Part shown: piece by piece, positions 20,562 to 30,237 of the stretch
Position numbering within the stretch: the first letter of the stretch is position 1
How the letters are laid out: the number at the start of each line of letters is the position of its first letter
Source of the DNA: Nannocystales bacterium
GTDB lineage: Bacteria; Myxococcota_A; Polyangia; Nannocystales; Nannocystaceae
NCBI GenBank assembly: GCA_050633305.1
Contig: JBOEGF010000018.1
Coordinates: 256,001 to 320,000, forward strand
Direction: 5' to 3'
Length of the DNA stretch: 64,000 nucleotides
The notes under the pieces: generated by a model
What the model was told of the DNA's origin: nothing
The model's database searches: none
The model's input: the letters and a program-made list of their open reading frames with translations, nothing else
Made by a program: the position numbers and the translations under genes

Positions 20562-21749
20562 TCACGGGAGCAGGTAGGTCACTTCGAGGACCTCGTTGTT
20601 GTAGCGGAGTCGGTCCGTGGTGCCGTTGAAGTTGGTCGGGGTGGTCATCGACAACCGATACTGGGTGTGGCTCTGGGCGTTGTCGTAGTCGAACTCGACG
20701 TTGGCGGTCACGTCGACGGTCTTCACGTTGTCCGCGGCGTAGGTGTCCTCGTCGCTGAATACGCCAAGCGTTGAGAGTGCGGCAGAGTTGTACGTTCCAC
20801 CTGGAAGAGGCTCTGGGGCGATGTGGGCGACGGTGACCGAGTTGCCGAGTCCGGGAATCGGGTTGCCCGAGACCAGCCACTGCATCGCGCGTAGTTGTGC
20901 CACCTCGAACTCGAGAATCCCCGCGGGGAGGGGGGCGATGGAGAAACCGAAGAACCCCCGACGAGCCAGGTTGTCGCTGTAGTCTCCGACGATCGCGTCG
21001 TCGCCCGAGCCCGTTTGCACGACCCCGCTGCTGATGACCCCCCCTGTGTAGCCGGGGTCGTGGGAGAGCGCGACGGTCAGCCGACGTGCGGAGGAGAACG
21101 TTGCCGTCCAGGCTTCGTCGAGCGTATTGCCTGCCAGGTCGCTCGCCGTGTTCGAGAGCGTCACGGTGAACTCGAGGGCCTCGACGCCCAGCGGGCTGGA
21201 GCCGGTCGCGTATGGGATGTCGTCGTCCGGGGTGAGGGTGAGCTCGGTGTCGTCGTCGTTCCAGCTCAGGGTCACGGCGTCCAGGGCTCCGGTATCCAGA
21301 GCGTCTGCCACCGAGAGCACATCCATTGGCTCGCTGAAGGAGAGCACGATGGTGGCGTTGGCTCTGACGGCGGTCGCCCCATCAGTCGGTGTCATCGAAT
21401 CGACGCGTGGTGCCTCGGTGTCTTGGGTCCCTGTGCTGGTGTCCGCGGCCGCCGAAGTCTCAGCGTCGGTCGTCGAGGTTCCGTCGTCCAAGGGGGTGTC
21501 TGTGGTGACGGGTTCGCCGGATGACCCGTCGCCCGTTCCGCCCGAGGTGGTCCCGAATGTGGGGTCCCCAGAGGCCGTCATCGTGGCTCCGCTGTCCCCG
21601 TTCGCGGTCGTCCCTGCCGTGGTGTCGGTGCCCTGCGCTTCCCCCGCGGTTTCGTCGTTGCCACTGATGGCGGGGACCGGCTCGAAACACCCCGTCACGG
21701 CGATGGCGATGAGCAACAGGGAGAGGCGGGGGGCGCTCACAGTGGTCAC
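20562..21749 (-). CDS. Lipoprotein with T/S/G/D linker and bacterial Ig-like (Big_5/SbsA) domain
   Basis: Lipobox VTGC; DTEAPRVDSMTPTDGAT...IVLSFSEPMD...DLAGN.L. Confidence 0.82.
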   Translation of the reverse strand: MTTVSAPRLSLLLIAIAVTGCFEPVPAISGNDETAGEAQGTDTTAGTTANGDSGATMTASGDPTFGTTSGGTGDGSSGEPVTTDTPLDDGTSTTDAETSAAADTSTGTQDTEAPRVDSMTPTDGATAVRANATIVLSFSEPMDVLSVADALDTGALDAVTLSWNDDDTELTLTPDDDIPYATGSSPLGVEALEFTVTLSNTASDLAGNTLDEAWTATFSSARRLTVALSHDPGYTGGVISSGVVQTGSGDDAIVGDYSDNLARRGFFGFSIAPLPAGILEFEVAQLRAMQWLVSGNPIPGLGNSVTVAHIAPEPLPGGTYNSAALSTLGVFSDEDTYAADNVKTVDVTANVEFDYDNAQSHTQYRLSMTTPTNFNGTTDRLRYNNEVLEVTYLLP

Positions 21750-21784
21750 GTTGAGTTGGATGCGTGAACCCGACGATGTGACAC

Positions 21785-23173
21785 ATGAAATCTTCGGGAA
21801 GGGTTTGCGGTGGTGCGGGGTTTCGACTGCTCGTGCGACGTCGTGCCATCCGAGTTGCTCTGGTCATCGCTGCGCTCATCGCGATCGTCGTGGGTGCGAT
21901 GGCGATGTGGGTGCGTTCGGACGACGCGCGGCGACGTTTTGAACGCACCGCGTCCCAAGCGTTGAACCGCGACGTCCGGGTGGCTGGGATCGGGGTGGGC
22001 TGGGATCGGGTGACCCTTCACAACCTCACGCTCTCGGACCCGTGGTCGGATCAGCCTGCCCTGCAGGTTGCGCACGGTGAGTTCGAGATCCGATGGTCGG
22101 CGCTGTGGGATGGCGGGCTTGCGGGCACCCTCACCGCGGAGGCGTTCTCCATCCGGGTCCGCAAACGCGGTCGCGAGACGAACTTTCATGGGATGCGGCG
22201 GCCCACCGCGCAGAAGCGTCCCCTCGACATCGTGCTGGCGTTGTCGGGTGGAGAGGTCCTGGTCCACGACGAGGACCGTGAGGAGAGGGTACGACTCGAA
22301 GGGGTCGAGTTGGTCGGACGCGTGGCGCGGGAGGATGCTCAGTCGGTCGTGGGATTGGAGGCGCGTGCCGACGCTGTGCACACGTATGGGGTGCTGATCT
22401 CGGACGTGTCGGTGAGCTTGGCGATCGGTCGGGAGGGCGTGGACCTGGACCAACTCCAAGCCCGCCTCGGAGGGGGGCGTATCGCCGCCGATGGACGCCT
22501 GGGCTTTGACGTCTCGTCGACGTGGTCCGCCCATGTGGAGGCGGTCGACGTCGCCCTTCGCGACGAGGTTCTGCCCATCGTTGTGGCGGCCTTCCCGGCA
22601 GCAGCCGGAGTGCCCCAAACGCCCGAGGGTCGGATCGAGGGAAGGCTGTCCCTCGTGGCCGAGGTTGAGGGCGCGGGTCTGAGCCCGTCCAGTCTGGTTC
22701 CCACCCTCCGCGGTCGTCTCCGGGTCGAGCTCGAAGGGGTCGTCCTGCCACCCGAAACAGCGGTCGTCCGGATCGCGGCACTGCTGGGTCGCTCACCTGA
22801 ACCGCTCGCGTTGGAGCCCGTGTCGGTCGAGGCGAGTTTGGCCGGTCCATGGGTCCGGGTCGACACGGTGCGAAGCGGAGGTGAGCCCATCGCGTTGCCG
22901 TTTGAGGGGCGGGTTGCGCTCGATGGTCGACTGGACCTCGATGTCGACGTCTTGCCGCTGCTCCAGGCTCTTCCTCAGGCTCACAGCTGGGCTCGTCGAT
23001 ACACGCTCGCGCTCCCCGTTCGTGTCGAGGGCACGACGGCCGAGCCGGTGGTGCGAGCGCCTTCCGCTGCGACGGTCGCACGCGCGGTGGCCGGGGCCTG
23101 GGCCCTGCGAGCGCTCGATCTCCATTCTCCGCGGGGCGGCGGACCTGCGAGCCCCAACCCCAGTTCCTACTGA
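21785..23173 (+). CDS. AsmA-like protein
   Basis: N-terminal TM, then SQALNRDVRVAGI; beta-taco-like repeats; C-terminal LPVRVEGT..EP.V; start approximate. Confidence 0.65.
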   Translation: MKSSGRVCGGAGFRLLVRRRAIRVALVIAALIAIVVGAMAMWVRSDDARRRFERTASQALNRDVRVAGIGVGWDRVTLHNLTLSDPWSDQPALQVAHGEFEIRWSALWDGGLAGTLTAEAFSIRVRKRGRETNFHGMRRPTAQKRPLDIVLALSGGEVLVHDEDREERVRLEGVELVGRVAREDAQSVVGLEARADAVHTYGVLISDVSVSLAIGREGVDLDQLQARLGGGRIAADGRLGFDVSSTWSAHVEAVDVALRDEVLPIVVAAFPAAAGVPQTPEGRIEGRLSLVAEVEGAGLSPSSLVPTLRGRLRVELEGVVLPPETAVVRIAALLGRSPEPLALEPVSVEASLAGPWVRVDTVRSGGEPIALPFEGRVALDGRLDLDVDVLPLLQALPQAHSWARRYTLALPVRVEGTTAEPVVRAPSAATVARAVAGAWALRALDLHSPRGGGPASPNPSSY

Positions 23174-23297
23174 ACGGGTCGCGGCGTGGCGAGGCGCGGC
23201 GTCGCGATGTGCAACAAACTCGGCCTCGCTACACTCCGAGCCCACGACGAGGGCGCTCGAAGCCCCGAGATCACTGGGGTTCCTGCGGCAAAGGCGG

Positions 23298-23313
23298 CGG
23301 CATGCCGCTCGCA
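23298..23313 (+). promoter_or_regulatory. Possible sigma54 -24/-12 promoter
   Basis: cGGCATGCCGCTCGCa (GG-N10-GC); the ATG at 23326 lies 14 nt after the -12 C, the same spacing as the promoter at 50193-50208. Confidence 0.45.
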
Positions 23314-23325
23314 GAACACCCAGGC

Positions 23326-24315
23326 ATGCGCTCGACCTGGATGCTCGCCGCCACCCTCACTGCCACGCTCACCGGTTGCTTTGATACCGACGTCGCACCG
23401 ACACCGACATTCAGTGCGGAGGACGTGAGCATCGAAGTCCCCACGGGGAACCTCCGAGCGCTGGGCGGTCGAGGCGAGGTCATGGAGCTTGCCGACGAGG
23501 TCAGCGGTGACGTCAACAGCTGGGTCGGGGAGATGGCCGCCTCGTTTGGCGAGATGCTGTCCGAGCTCGCGAAACACGAGCCCACGCGAAACGAGGGGGA
23601 CTGGCGCATCTACGGGCCGTTCGAGGGCGACGACGGAGAAGACTTGACGGTGATGGTGCGGGTCGAGGGGGATGCGTCACGCGGTCGTTTCGAAGTGCTG
23701 GCGGGCTCCGCTGGAACGCCCGCATCGGACCTTGTCATCGTGTTCTCTGGAGGCCTCACAGAGACCGATGACGCTCGCACGGGAAGCATTCGAATCGACT
23801 TCGACACGATTCACGGGATCACGGCGCTGCGGGAGCAGATGGGCGGCACCGGTGACTTCGGCGGCGCGATCGAAGTGGAGTTCGACCGTGAACTGGAGAC
23901 GAAGGCCAAGACCGTGGAGCTGCACTTCGACGGCTTCCACTACGCCGACGAGGATGAGGACCTCGAGTACCGAGACGAGGTTTACTCGTTTGAGCGCGAG
24001 GACGGCGGTGCTGGCTCGTTCCACTTCGCGACCTGGGGCACGTTTGACGAAGAGGGCTGGAGTGGCCCAGAGCGTGAGCGCATGACGGTGGACATGGTTT
24101 GGGACGACGCCGAGTCGGGGCGTGCGCGTGCGCAGGTCCTCGAGGTCGAGGGGGAAGGCGACCTGCTGTTCGGAGACCTCGTCCTCGAAGAGTGCTTCGA
24201 TCCGGGCTTCTCGCTGACCTGGGCCGAGGTCAACGCGCCCTACCGTGGTCTTGGTGGCTACGCCGAAGGCGACGCGACCGCGTGCAGGATCGACGCATCG
24301 GCGTTCGATGGCTGA
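23326..24315 (+). CDS. Hypothetical lipoprotein (329 aa)
   Basis: MRSTWMLAATLTATLTGC lipobox; acidic beta-rich body; C-terminal Cys pair. Confidence 0.8.
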   Translation: MRSTWMLAATLTATLTGCFDTDVAPTPTFSAEDVSIEVPTGNLRALGGRGEVMELADEVSGDVNSWVGEMAASFGEMLSELAKHEPTRNEGDWRIYGPFEGDDGEDLTVMVRVEGDASRGRFEVLAGSAGTPASDLVIVFSGGLTETDDARTGSIRIDFDTIHGITALREQMGGTGDFGGAIEVEFDRELETKAKTVELHFDGFHYADEDEDLEYRDEVYSFEREDGGAGSFHFATWGTFDEEGWSGPERERMTVDMVWDDAESGRARAQVLEVEGEGDLLFGDLVLEECFDPGFSLTWAEVNAPYRGLGGYAEGDATACRIDASAFDG

Positions 24316-24351
24316 GCTGCCTGGAACCTCCGTGTATGGGCGTAGAAGGGC

Positions 24352-25212
24352 TCAGCCCTTCACGCCCCCGGAGGCCAGCCCTGCGACGAGGTGCCGCTGC
24401 ACATAGTAGAACAGGGCCATCACCGGGATGCTGACGATGATCGCTCCTGCGGCGAACTTCTCCCACTGCGCATCGTACTCCCCGATGAAGCGCTGCAGCA
24501 TCACCGGGAGCGTGAACATCGACTCGTCGTCGAGGAAGGTCGCCGCGAGGATAAACTCGTTGTAGGCGCTCATGAAGGCGAACAACGTCGTCACGGCGAT
24601 GGCGGGCCGGGCGATCGGGAGGACAACCTTCACGAAGGCCTGAAACTGCGTCGCGCCATCGACCATGGCGGCTTCTTCGAGGTCGATGGGGATCGACTCG
24701 AACGCGGCTCGGAGCTGGAAGATGGCGAACGGGACCGATGTGCTCGCATAACAGAGCACCAGGCCGGTACGGGAGTTGAGCAGGCCAACCGCGTCGAGGA
24801 CGAGGTACAGGGGAATGGCGCTGGCGACCGCCGGAAACATCTGCGTCGCGAGCAGACTTCGGGTGCCGGCTTGTTTACCCGCGAACTCGAATCGGGCCAA
24901 TGCGTACGCCGCAGGGATGGCGATGAGCACTCCGACCGCGGCCGTCGCAGTGGACACGATGAGCGAGTTGAGGAGCTGCCGACCGAACAGCCAGAGCGTC
25001 TCTCCCTCGGGGGTGACCTTCGAGGCTGTCGCGACGGCCTCGAAGTGTTCGAGGGTGGGCTCCGCGGGAATCGGGATGGCGTTGGGCTCGGGGGAGGGCG
25101 TCCCGGACAGCGCCAGTGCCACGACCCAGAGCACGGGGTACAGGGCGAAGATCACCGCGCCCACGAGAACGACGTGGACCAGGACCGATTCGAGCTTGGC
25201 CGCACGCGTCAT
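24352..25212 (-). CDS. malG: Maltose/maltodextrin ABC transporter permease (MalG-type)
   Basis: NSLIVS, AYALARF.F.G, TQMFP, EAA loop SIPIDLEEAAMVDGAT, C-terminal GGVKG; ATGA overlap with the upstream gene. Confidence 0.88.
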   Translation of the reverse strand: MTRAAKLESVLVHVVLVGAVIFALYPVLWVVALALSGTPSPEPNAIPIPAEPTLEHFEAVATASKVTPEGETLWLFGRQLLNSLIVSTATAAVGVLIAIPAAYALARFEFAGKQAGTRSLLATQMFPAVASAIPLYLVLDAVGLLNSRTGLVLCYASTSVPFAIFQLRAAFESIPIDLEEAAMVDGATQFQAFVKVVLPIARPAIAVTTLFAFMSAYNEFILAATFLDDESMFTLPVMLQRFIGEYDAQWEKFAAGAIIVSIPVMALFYYVQRHLVAGLASGGVKG

Positions 25213-27443
25213 TCGGTGGACTCTCCTCGGCCGCTCCCCGACCACCGCGCCTTCCAGCGGTCGAGAATCTTCGTGCCAAAGAACAGCAGCAAGAAGATGA
25301 GCACCGCATACGCGGCCGCGTATCCGTATTGTGCCTCGCGCGTGAACGCCCAGCGGTAGGCGTCGGAGACCAGGATGTCCGTGCTGCTGTCCGGGTCACC
25401 GCCCGAGACGAGGAACACGACGTTGAACATGTTGAACGTCCAGATCGCGCCGAGGGTCACCGCTGGCATGAGCGTGGGGCGAATGATCGGCAGCGTGACC
25501 CGGGTGAGCCGTTGCCAGCGAGAGGCACCGTCGACCTCGGCCGCTTCGAGGACGTCCTTCGGCACCGAGGTGAGTGCACCGATCGTCACGACCATCATGA
25601 ACGGGAAACCAAGCCAGACGTTTGTGGCGATGTTGGCCGTGAACGCGGTCGAGAATTGTGCGAACCAGGAGATGGGCTGGATCGAGGTTCCAAGGAGGTC
25701 GTTGAGCGCGTTGATCATCCCGGTGATCGCACCGAACTGACGGTGGAACATGCCCTTCCACGCGAGCGCGGTCACGTAGTTGGGCACCGCCCAAGGCACG
25801 ATCAGCAGCACCCGGTAGATCGCCTTCATCCTCAACACCGGGCGCGAGAGCAGCAGGCCGACCGCGAGTCCGATGCCCAGGTGGAACACCACGTTGATGA
25901 CGGTCCACAGCAAGGTGACGAGCAGGACCAAGTAGAACGAACCCGAGCCGAGGAGCTCGCCGCCGCGTGCGGTCAGAATCTCGACGAAGTTGCCCAGCCC
26001 GACGTAGTGCATGTCGGTGGACGGGCCCGCGAAGAGGGATGTGCCGGCGCCGACCGAGAGCGGGAGGATGACCAGCACGCCGACAGCCACGATCGCGTGA
26101 ACCAGGTAGCGATAGGCGTGGGCGCTTTGTCGGAACGTGGGCCCCGTGTTCGTGCGTCGAGCGCGCGAGACCCACACCAAGGCGCCGACGAGGGACAACG
26201 CCGCGAGTACGACGGCCGGCCACGGAGATGCGGGCGGCGGGGGAGGGCGCCGGACGTCGCGGAACCTTCGCTCTGCCTCGATCAGGGCGGGGCCCGGTTC
26301 TTTCTGGCCTCGCAAAATCTTTCGCAGTGCCTGGCGCGCGGGCTCCCACGTGGAGCGCATTGCCGCGGACGTCGGCATGGGCACCGCGGTCTTGGCTTGA
26401 GTCGTGAAGGCCTGCAGCAACGCGTCGGTTGATGGAACGTCGACGCGGGCGGAGGGGACTCGGGCGCTTCGCTGCCGGTCAGAGGCGGCGTCTTTGCCTG
26501 CGAGGTACCGAGCGAGGTCGCGGGCGACGCTGGAGGCGGCTCCCTTTGGGCTCAGCATGACGGCCTCGACGGTGAGGAACGGTGCAAGTGGACGTCCGGT
26601 CTTCGCAAGCGGCGGAAGGGGGACGACTTCGTACGACACCGAGCCTTCCACGTCCGAGGCCAGCCACGGCCCGCTCATGGCGTAGGCCGCCTTCCCCGAA
26701 CGGAAGAGGTTGGTGACAAGCGCTCCGTCGGCGTCGGAGGGGACGACGCCGGCCTCGACCAGGGACAGCGCAAAGCGAGTGGACGCCTCGGCTTCGGCCC
26801 CGACCATGCCGAAGCTGCCGTCCGCACCCAGCATGGTGCCGCCGAACGCATGCAGGAGCGGAGCGTGGGCGTAGGGATTCATCGCCTCATAGGCGAGTGC
26901 ATACACGCCTGTCGGCAGGGCGTAGTCGCTGGTGTTGAGCGCATCGGCCCACGCGGTGATCTCCTCGAAGGTCTCCGGTGCCGAGACGAGGTCTGTGTTG
27001 ACGTACAGCGCGAGCGACTTGAGGTTGAGGGGGACGGCGTAGACCTGCGCGTCGAGGGTGACGGCGTCGAGGGCTGCGGGGAGGAAGACTCCAGCCTCGA
27101 GTGCGTCGCCCACCGGAGCCACGACTTCGCGTTTGCGGTAGTCGCCGAGTCGCTCGTGAGAATCGATGAAGATGTGGGGTCCATCGCCGAGTGGGACCGC
27201 CGCGGAGATCTTGGACGCAAACGCGTCGTACGGGATCGCGAGGGTCGAGATTTGGACCTCCTGGCCCTCAGAGCGCGCGGCCTCTCGAAAGTCTGCGAGC
27301 GCGCGTTGCAGCGCCGCCTCTTCCTCCCCCCGGTAGGCGTGCCAGAGCGTGACGGGCTCCGCCGCTGCGGCAGGCGACGCCCACAATACGAACAACGCTG
27401 CGAGCCAAAGCGTGCGCAGCCACAGACGGCTTCCAAGCAACAT
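25209..27443 (-). CDS. Fused sugar-binding protein plus permease (MalE-MalF fusion)
   Basis: Signal peptide, then VTLWHAY...GPHIFIDSHERLG...LFRSGKAAYAMSGPW...PMP (MalE-like), Pro linker, then MalF-like LIVPWAVP, NVWLGFPFMM, EAAEVDGASRWQ, in one uninterrupted frame. Confidence 0.88.
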   Translation of the reverse strand: MLLGSRLWLRTLWLAALFVLWASPAAAAEPVTLWHAYRGEEEAALQRALADFREAARSEGQEVQISTLAIPYDAFASKISAAVPLGDGPHIFIDSHERLGDYRKREVVAPVGDALEAGVFLPAALDAVTLDAQVYAVPLNLKSLALYVNTDLVSAPETFEEITAWADALNTSDYALPTGVYALAYEAMNPYAHAPLLHAFGGTMLGADGSFGMVGAEAEASTRFALSLVEAGVVPSDADGALVTNLFRSGKAAYAMSGPWLASDVEGSVSYEVVPLPPLAKTGRPLAPFLTVEAVMLSPKGAASSVARDLARYLAGKDAASDRQRSARVPSARVDVPSTDALLQAFTTQAKTAVPMPTSAAMRSTWEPARQALRKILRGQKEPGPALIEAERRFRDVRRPPPPPASPWPAVVLAALSLVGALVWVSRARRTNTGPTFRQSAHAYRYLVHAIVAVGVLVILPLSVGAGTSLFAGPSTDMHYVGLGNFVEILTARGGELLGSGSFYLVLLVTLLWTVINVVFHLGIGLAVGLLLSRPVLRMKAIYRVLLIVPWAVPNYVTALAWKGMFHRQFGAITGMINALNDLLGTSIQPISWFAQFSTAFTANIATNVWLGFPFMMVVTIGALTSVPKDVLEAAEVDGASRWQRLTRVTLPIIRPTLMPAVTLGAIWTFNMFNVVFLVSGGDPDSSTDILVSDAYRWAFTREAQYGYAAAYAVLIFLLLFFGTKILDRWKARWSGSGRGESTE

Positions 27444-27487
27444 CTCGCGCCGGGGAGCATACCAGGACGTCTGCCCAGAAACGTGGG

Positions 27488-30172
27488 ATGTTGGGGTCCT
27501 CGATGGCGACGGATGACCTCACGCCCCCCGGCGACGCGGGCTTGGATGACACCCTCGCTGCTGTATCGGAGGAGCGGGCCCAGCCGGAGACCTCGCCCGA
27601 GCGCTCGCCAAGCCAGCAGAAATTGCACGAGGAGGTCCGTGGTCGGCTGTTCGAGGGGCGAGAGCCTCGCCATTCGCTGGAGCCCGGGACCACGATCGCC
27701 GGGCGTTACCGCATCGTCGAGCTGCTGGGCGCCGGAGGAATGGGAGAGGTCTTTCGCGCCCGGGACCTGGTGCTGGGCGAGGATGTCGCGGTCAAATTCC
27801 TTCCCGAGGACCGAGCGACGGACGAAGGTTTCATGGGTCGCTTCGTCAACGAGGTCCGCCTCGCGAGGCAGATCTCCCATCCCTCGGTCTGCCGCGTGCA
27901 CGACATCGGGGAGGTCGACGGCCGGGCGTTCCTCTCGATGGAGTACATCGATGGTGAGGACTTGGCCTCGCTGCTCCGGCGAATTGGGCGCCTTCCACCC
28001 GAAAAGGCGTACGAACTCGCACAACAACTCTGCGCAGGTCTCTCCGAGCTCCACGAAGCGGGACTCCTGCACCGTGACCTCAAGCCCGCCAACCTGATGA
28101 TCGACGGTCAGGGGCGTCTGAAGCTCGCGGACTTTGGGCTGGCCGCCGTGCGGGGGGAACTCAACGCCCACGAGTTCGGCGACGGAACGCCCGCATACAT
28201 GGCACCCGAGCAGCTGGACGGGCGTGAGGTCTCGGAACGCTCGGACATCTACGCCCTTGGGGTGGTTCTGTACGAGCTGCTCTCTGGACGCCACCCATTC
28301 GAGGCGCGAGAGGGCACGCTCAGTGGCGAGCGCGGGAGCATCGACCGCACTGCGCCGGCCGTCGCGCTCAGCGCTCGTGTGACGGGGTTGGCCGAGGACA
28401 CACTCGAGATCATCGACCGCTGTCTCGAGACCTCGCCTCGGATGCGGCCGGCCTCGGTGCTCGACGTCGCGGCGGCGCTACCGGGAGGAGATCCCATCGC
28501 GGCGGCGCTCCGTGCTGGCCGTGCCCCTTCGGTGGATGCGCTCGCCAACGTCGAGTCCGGAACGCAGTTGAAGCCTTGGGCCGCATGGACGCTGGCCGGT
28601 TTCTCCCTGCTGGTGGTGCTCGTGTTCGCCGTGTTGTCGCCGGCGCACACGCTCTGGGGGGCAGCGTCTCCCAAGCTCGCGCCGGCCGTTCTCGAAGACC
28701 GCGCTCGTGCGACTGTGGAACAGCTTGGACTCGAGCACCCCGGCGGTGGCTCGATGCACCGGCTTCTCTACGAGGACAGCTACCTTCAAGCTCCGCCTCC
28801 TCGTGTGCATCCTGGGGATGCCGGGCCTGTTCCGGTTCTGTTCGAGTATCGGGCCTCGCCCAGGTCGCTCGCTCGGCGTGGGGCGGCCGCGACCCACGAC
28901 GATCCCGCGATGACTACGCCGGGTGAGGTCCGGGTGACGCTCGACGTTCGCGGATACTTGCGAGCATTCGAACGTGTCGCGGATGGCCCAGCGGAGGGGG
29001 ATGCCTCGGCCGCCAACTGGGCTGCCGCATTCGAGCTCGCCGGGTTGTCCGAAGTTGAACCGGTGGTGCCCGAGGGGATGCCGAGTGGAGTCCACGACCG
29101 CCGTGAGGCGTGGACGGCACGCCCGGTTGGATTCGAGAATCGGGTCCGGGTGGACGCCGGGAGCTGGCGTGGACACCCGGTGTGGTTCGAGGTCTCAGCT
29201 CCCTGGGCGGTCGAGCGAGCCGCGCCTATGCCGAGCGGGGAGGTGTCCTCCGGTGTGGCGCGGGCGCTGTTGAGTCTGTTCATCCTCGGCGTCGTTCTGT
29301 TGGCCCGTCGTCTGTACCGTCGCGGAGAGGTGGACTCGCGGGGGGCGGTTCGCGTGGCAACGGTTCTCGCGGTGAGCGTGACCATCTCGACGCTGCTGAC
29401 TTCGGTCGTCGGAAAGTCCAGCGGGGTCGAGACCTTTGGTGGAGCGCTGCAAGAAGGTCTGCTCGTGGGTGGGTTTGGCCTGCTCGGGTACGCCGTTGTG
29501 GAGCCGTATGGCCGCCGGTTCCTGCCCGCCGCGATGGTGTCGTGGGTTCGGGTGACCCGGGGCCGGTGGAGGGATCCCCTCGTTGGCCGGGACCTGCTCC
29601 TGGGAATGGCGTTCGGCGCCTTGATCGGTGTGGCCGTCTTGGTGCGCATGCTGTGGGTGGGGGATGGGCCTGCAGCGCTCCCGGTTCGCCTCGATGCACT
29701 GTTGGGTCTTGGGCCTGCTGCGGGACTGGGCCTCGGCGCGGTTTGGGGCGGTGCCTTTGGCGTGATGCAGGTTTACGTGATGTTCCTGTTCTTACGCTGG
29801 GCGGTTCGCAGGACCTCCGTCGCCGTCGGGCTGTTCTTCTTGCTGTGGACGGCGGTGGAGTTGCTCCGGTTCACGCGGCCAGACTTGAGCCCGACAGACT
29901 GGGCCGTTGGGATCGTGGGGGGCATCCTCGTGGCCGCGATCCTCGGCATTCTGATCGTCCGGGTCGGCCTGCTCGCCCTGACCGCCGCGCAGGTCCTGCT
30001 CAATGTTTTGGTGAGCTTTCCGCTGAGCGTCGAGCTGAGCGGCTGGTACGGGACCGCGACCGGGGTCGCCACCGCGTTGGTGCTGGCCCTGTTGGCAGGC
30101 TCCCTGTACGTCGCACTCGGCCGGGCCCATGCGAGTGACCGAGTCAGTCGGACGTCCCGAACCCGGGCATAA
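27488..30172 (+). CDS. Membrane Ser/Thr protein kinase with extracytoplasmic domain and polytopic C-terminus
   Basis: LGAGGMGEVF, VAVKFL, HRDLKPAN, DFGLA, GTPAYMAPE; one TM, a soluble region of about 200 aa, then about 8-9 hydrophobic helices; alternative start 27503. Confidence 0.9.
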   Translation: MLGSSMATDDLTPPGDAGLDDTLAAVSEERAQPETSPERSPSQQKLHEEVRGRLFEGREPRHSLEPGTTIAGRYRIVELLGAGGMGEVFRARDLVLGEDVAVKFLPEDRATDEGFMGRFVNEVRLARQISHPSVCRVHDIGEVDGRAFLSMEYIDGEDLASLLRRIGRLPPEKAYELAQQLCAGLSELHEAGLLHRDLKPANLMIDGQGRLKLADFGLAAVRGELNAHEFGDGTPAYMAPEQLDGREVSERSDIYALGVVLYELLSGRHPFEAREGTLSGERGSIDRTAPAVALSARVTGLAEDTLEIIDRCLETSPRMRPASVLDVAAALPGGDPIAAALRAGRAPSVDALANVESGTQLKPWAAWTLAGFSLLVVLVFAVLSPAHTLWGAASPKLAPAVLEDRARATVEQLGLEHPGGGSMHRLLYEDSYLQAPPPRVHPGDAGPVPVLFEYRASPRSLARRGAAATHDDPAMTTPGEVRVTLDVRGYLRAFERVADGPAEGDASAANWAAAFELAGLSEVEPVVPEGMPSGVHDRREAWTARPVGFENRVRVDAGSWRGHPVWFEVSAPWAVERAAPMPSGEVSSGVARALLSLFILGVVLLARRLYRRGEVDSRGAVRVATVLAVSVTISTLLTSVVGKSSGVETFGGALQEGLLVGGFGLLGYAVVEPYGRRFLPAAMVSWVRVTRGRWRDPLVGRDLLLGMAFGALIGVAVLVRMLWVGDGPAALPVRLDALLGLGPAAGLGLGAVWGGAFGVMQVYVMFLFLRWAVRRTSVAVGLFFLLWTAVELLRFTRPDLSPTDWAVGIVGGILVAAILGILIVRVGLLALTAAQVLLNVLVSFPLSVELSGWYGTATGVATALVLALLAGSLYVALGRAHASDRVSRTSRTRA

Positions 30173-30212
30173 AAAAAGACGCCGACCCGCTCATCCTAAG
30201 CAGGCCAGCGCC
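30171..30212 (-). terminator. Rho-independent terminator
   Basis: Minus strand GGCGCTGGCCTGCTTA-GGA-TGAGCGGGTCGGCGTC-TTTTTTT: 16-bp stem with 5 G-U pairs, followed by U7. Confidence 0.85.
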
Positions 30213-30237
30213 ACGAAATGGAAGCTGTGCTGGGTTG

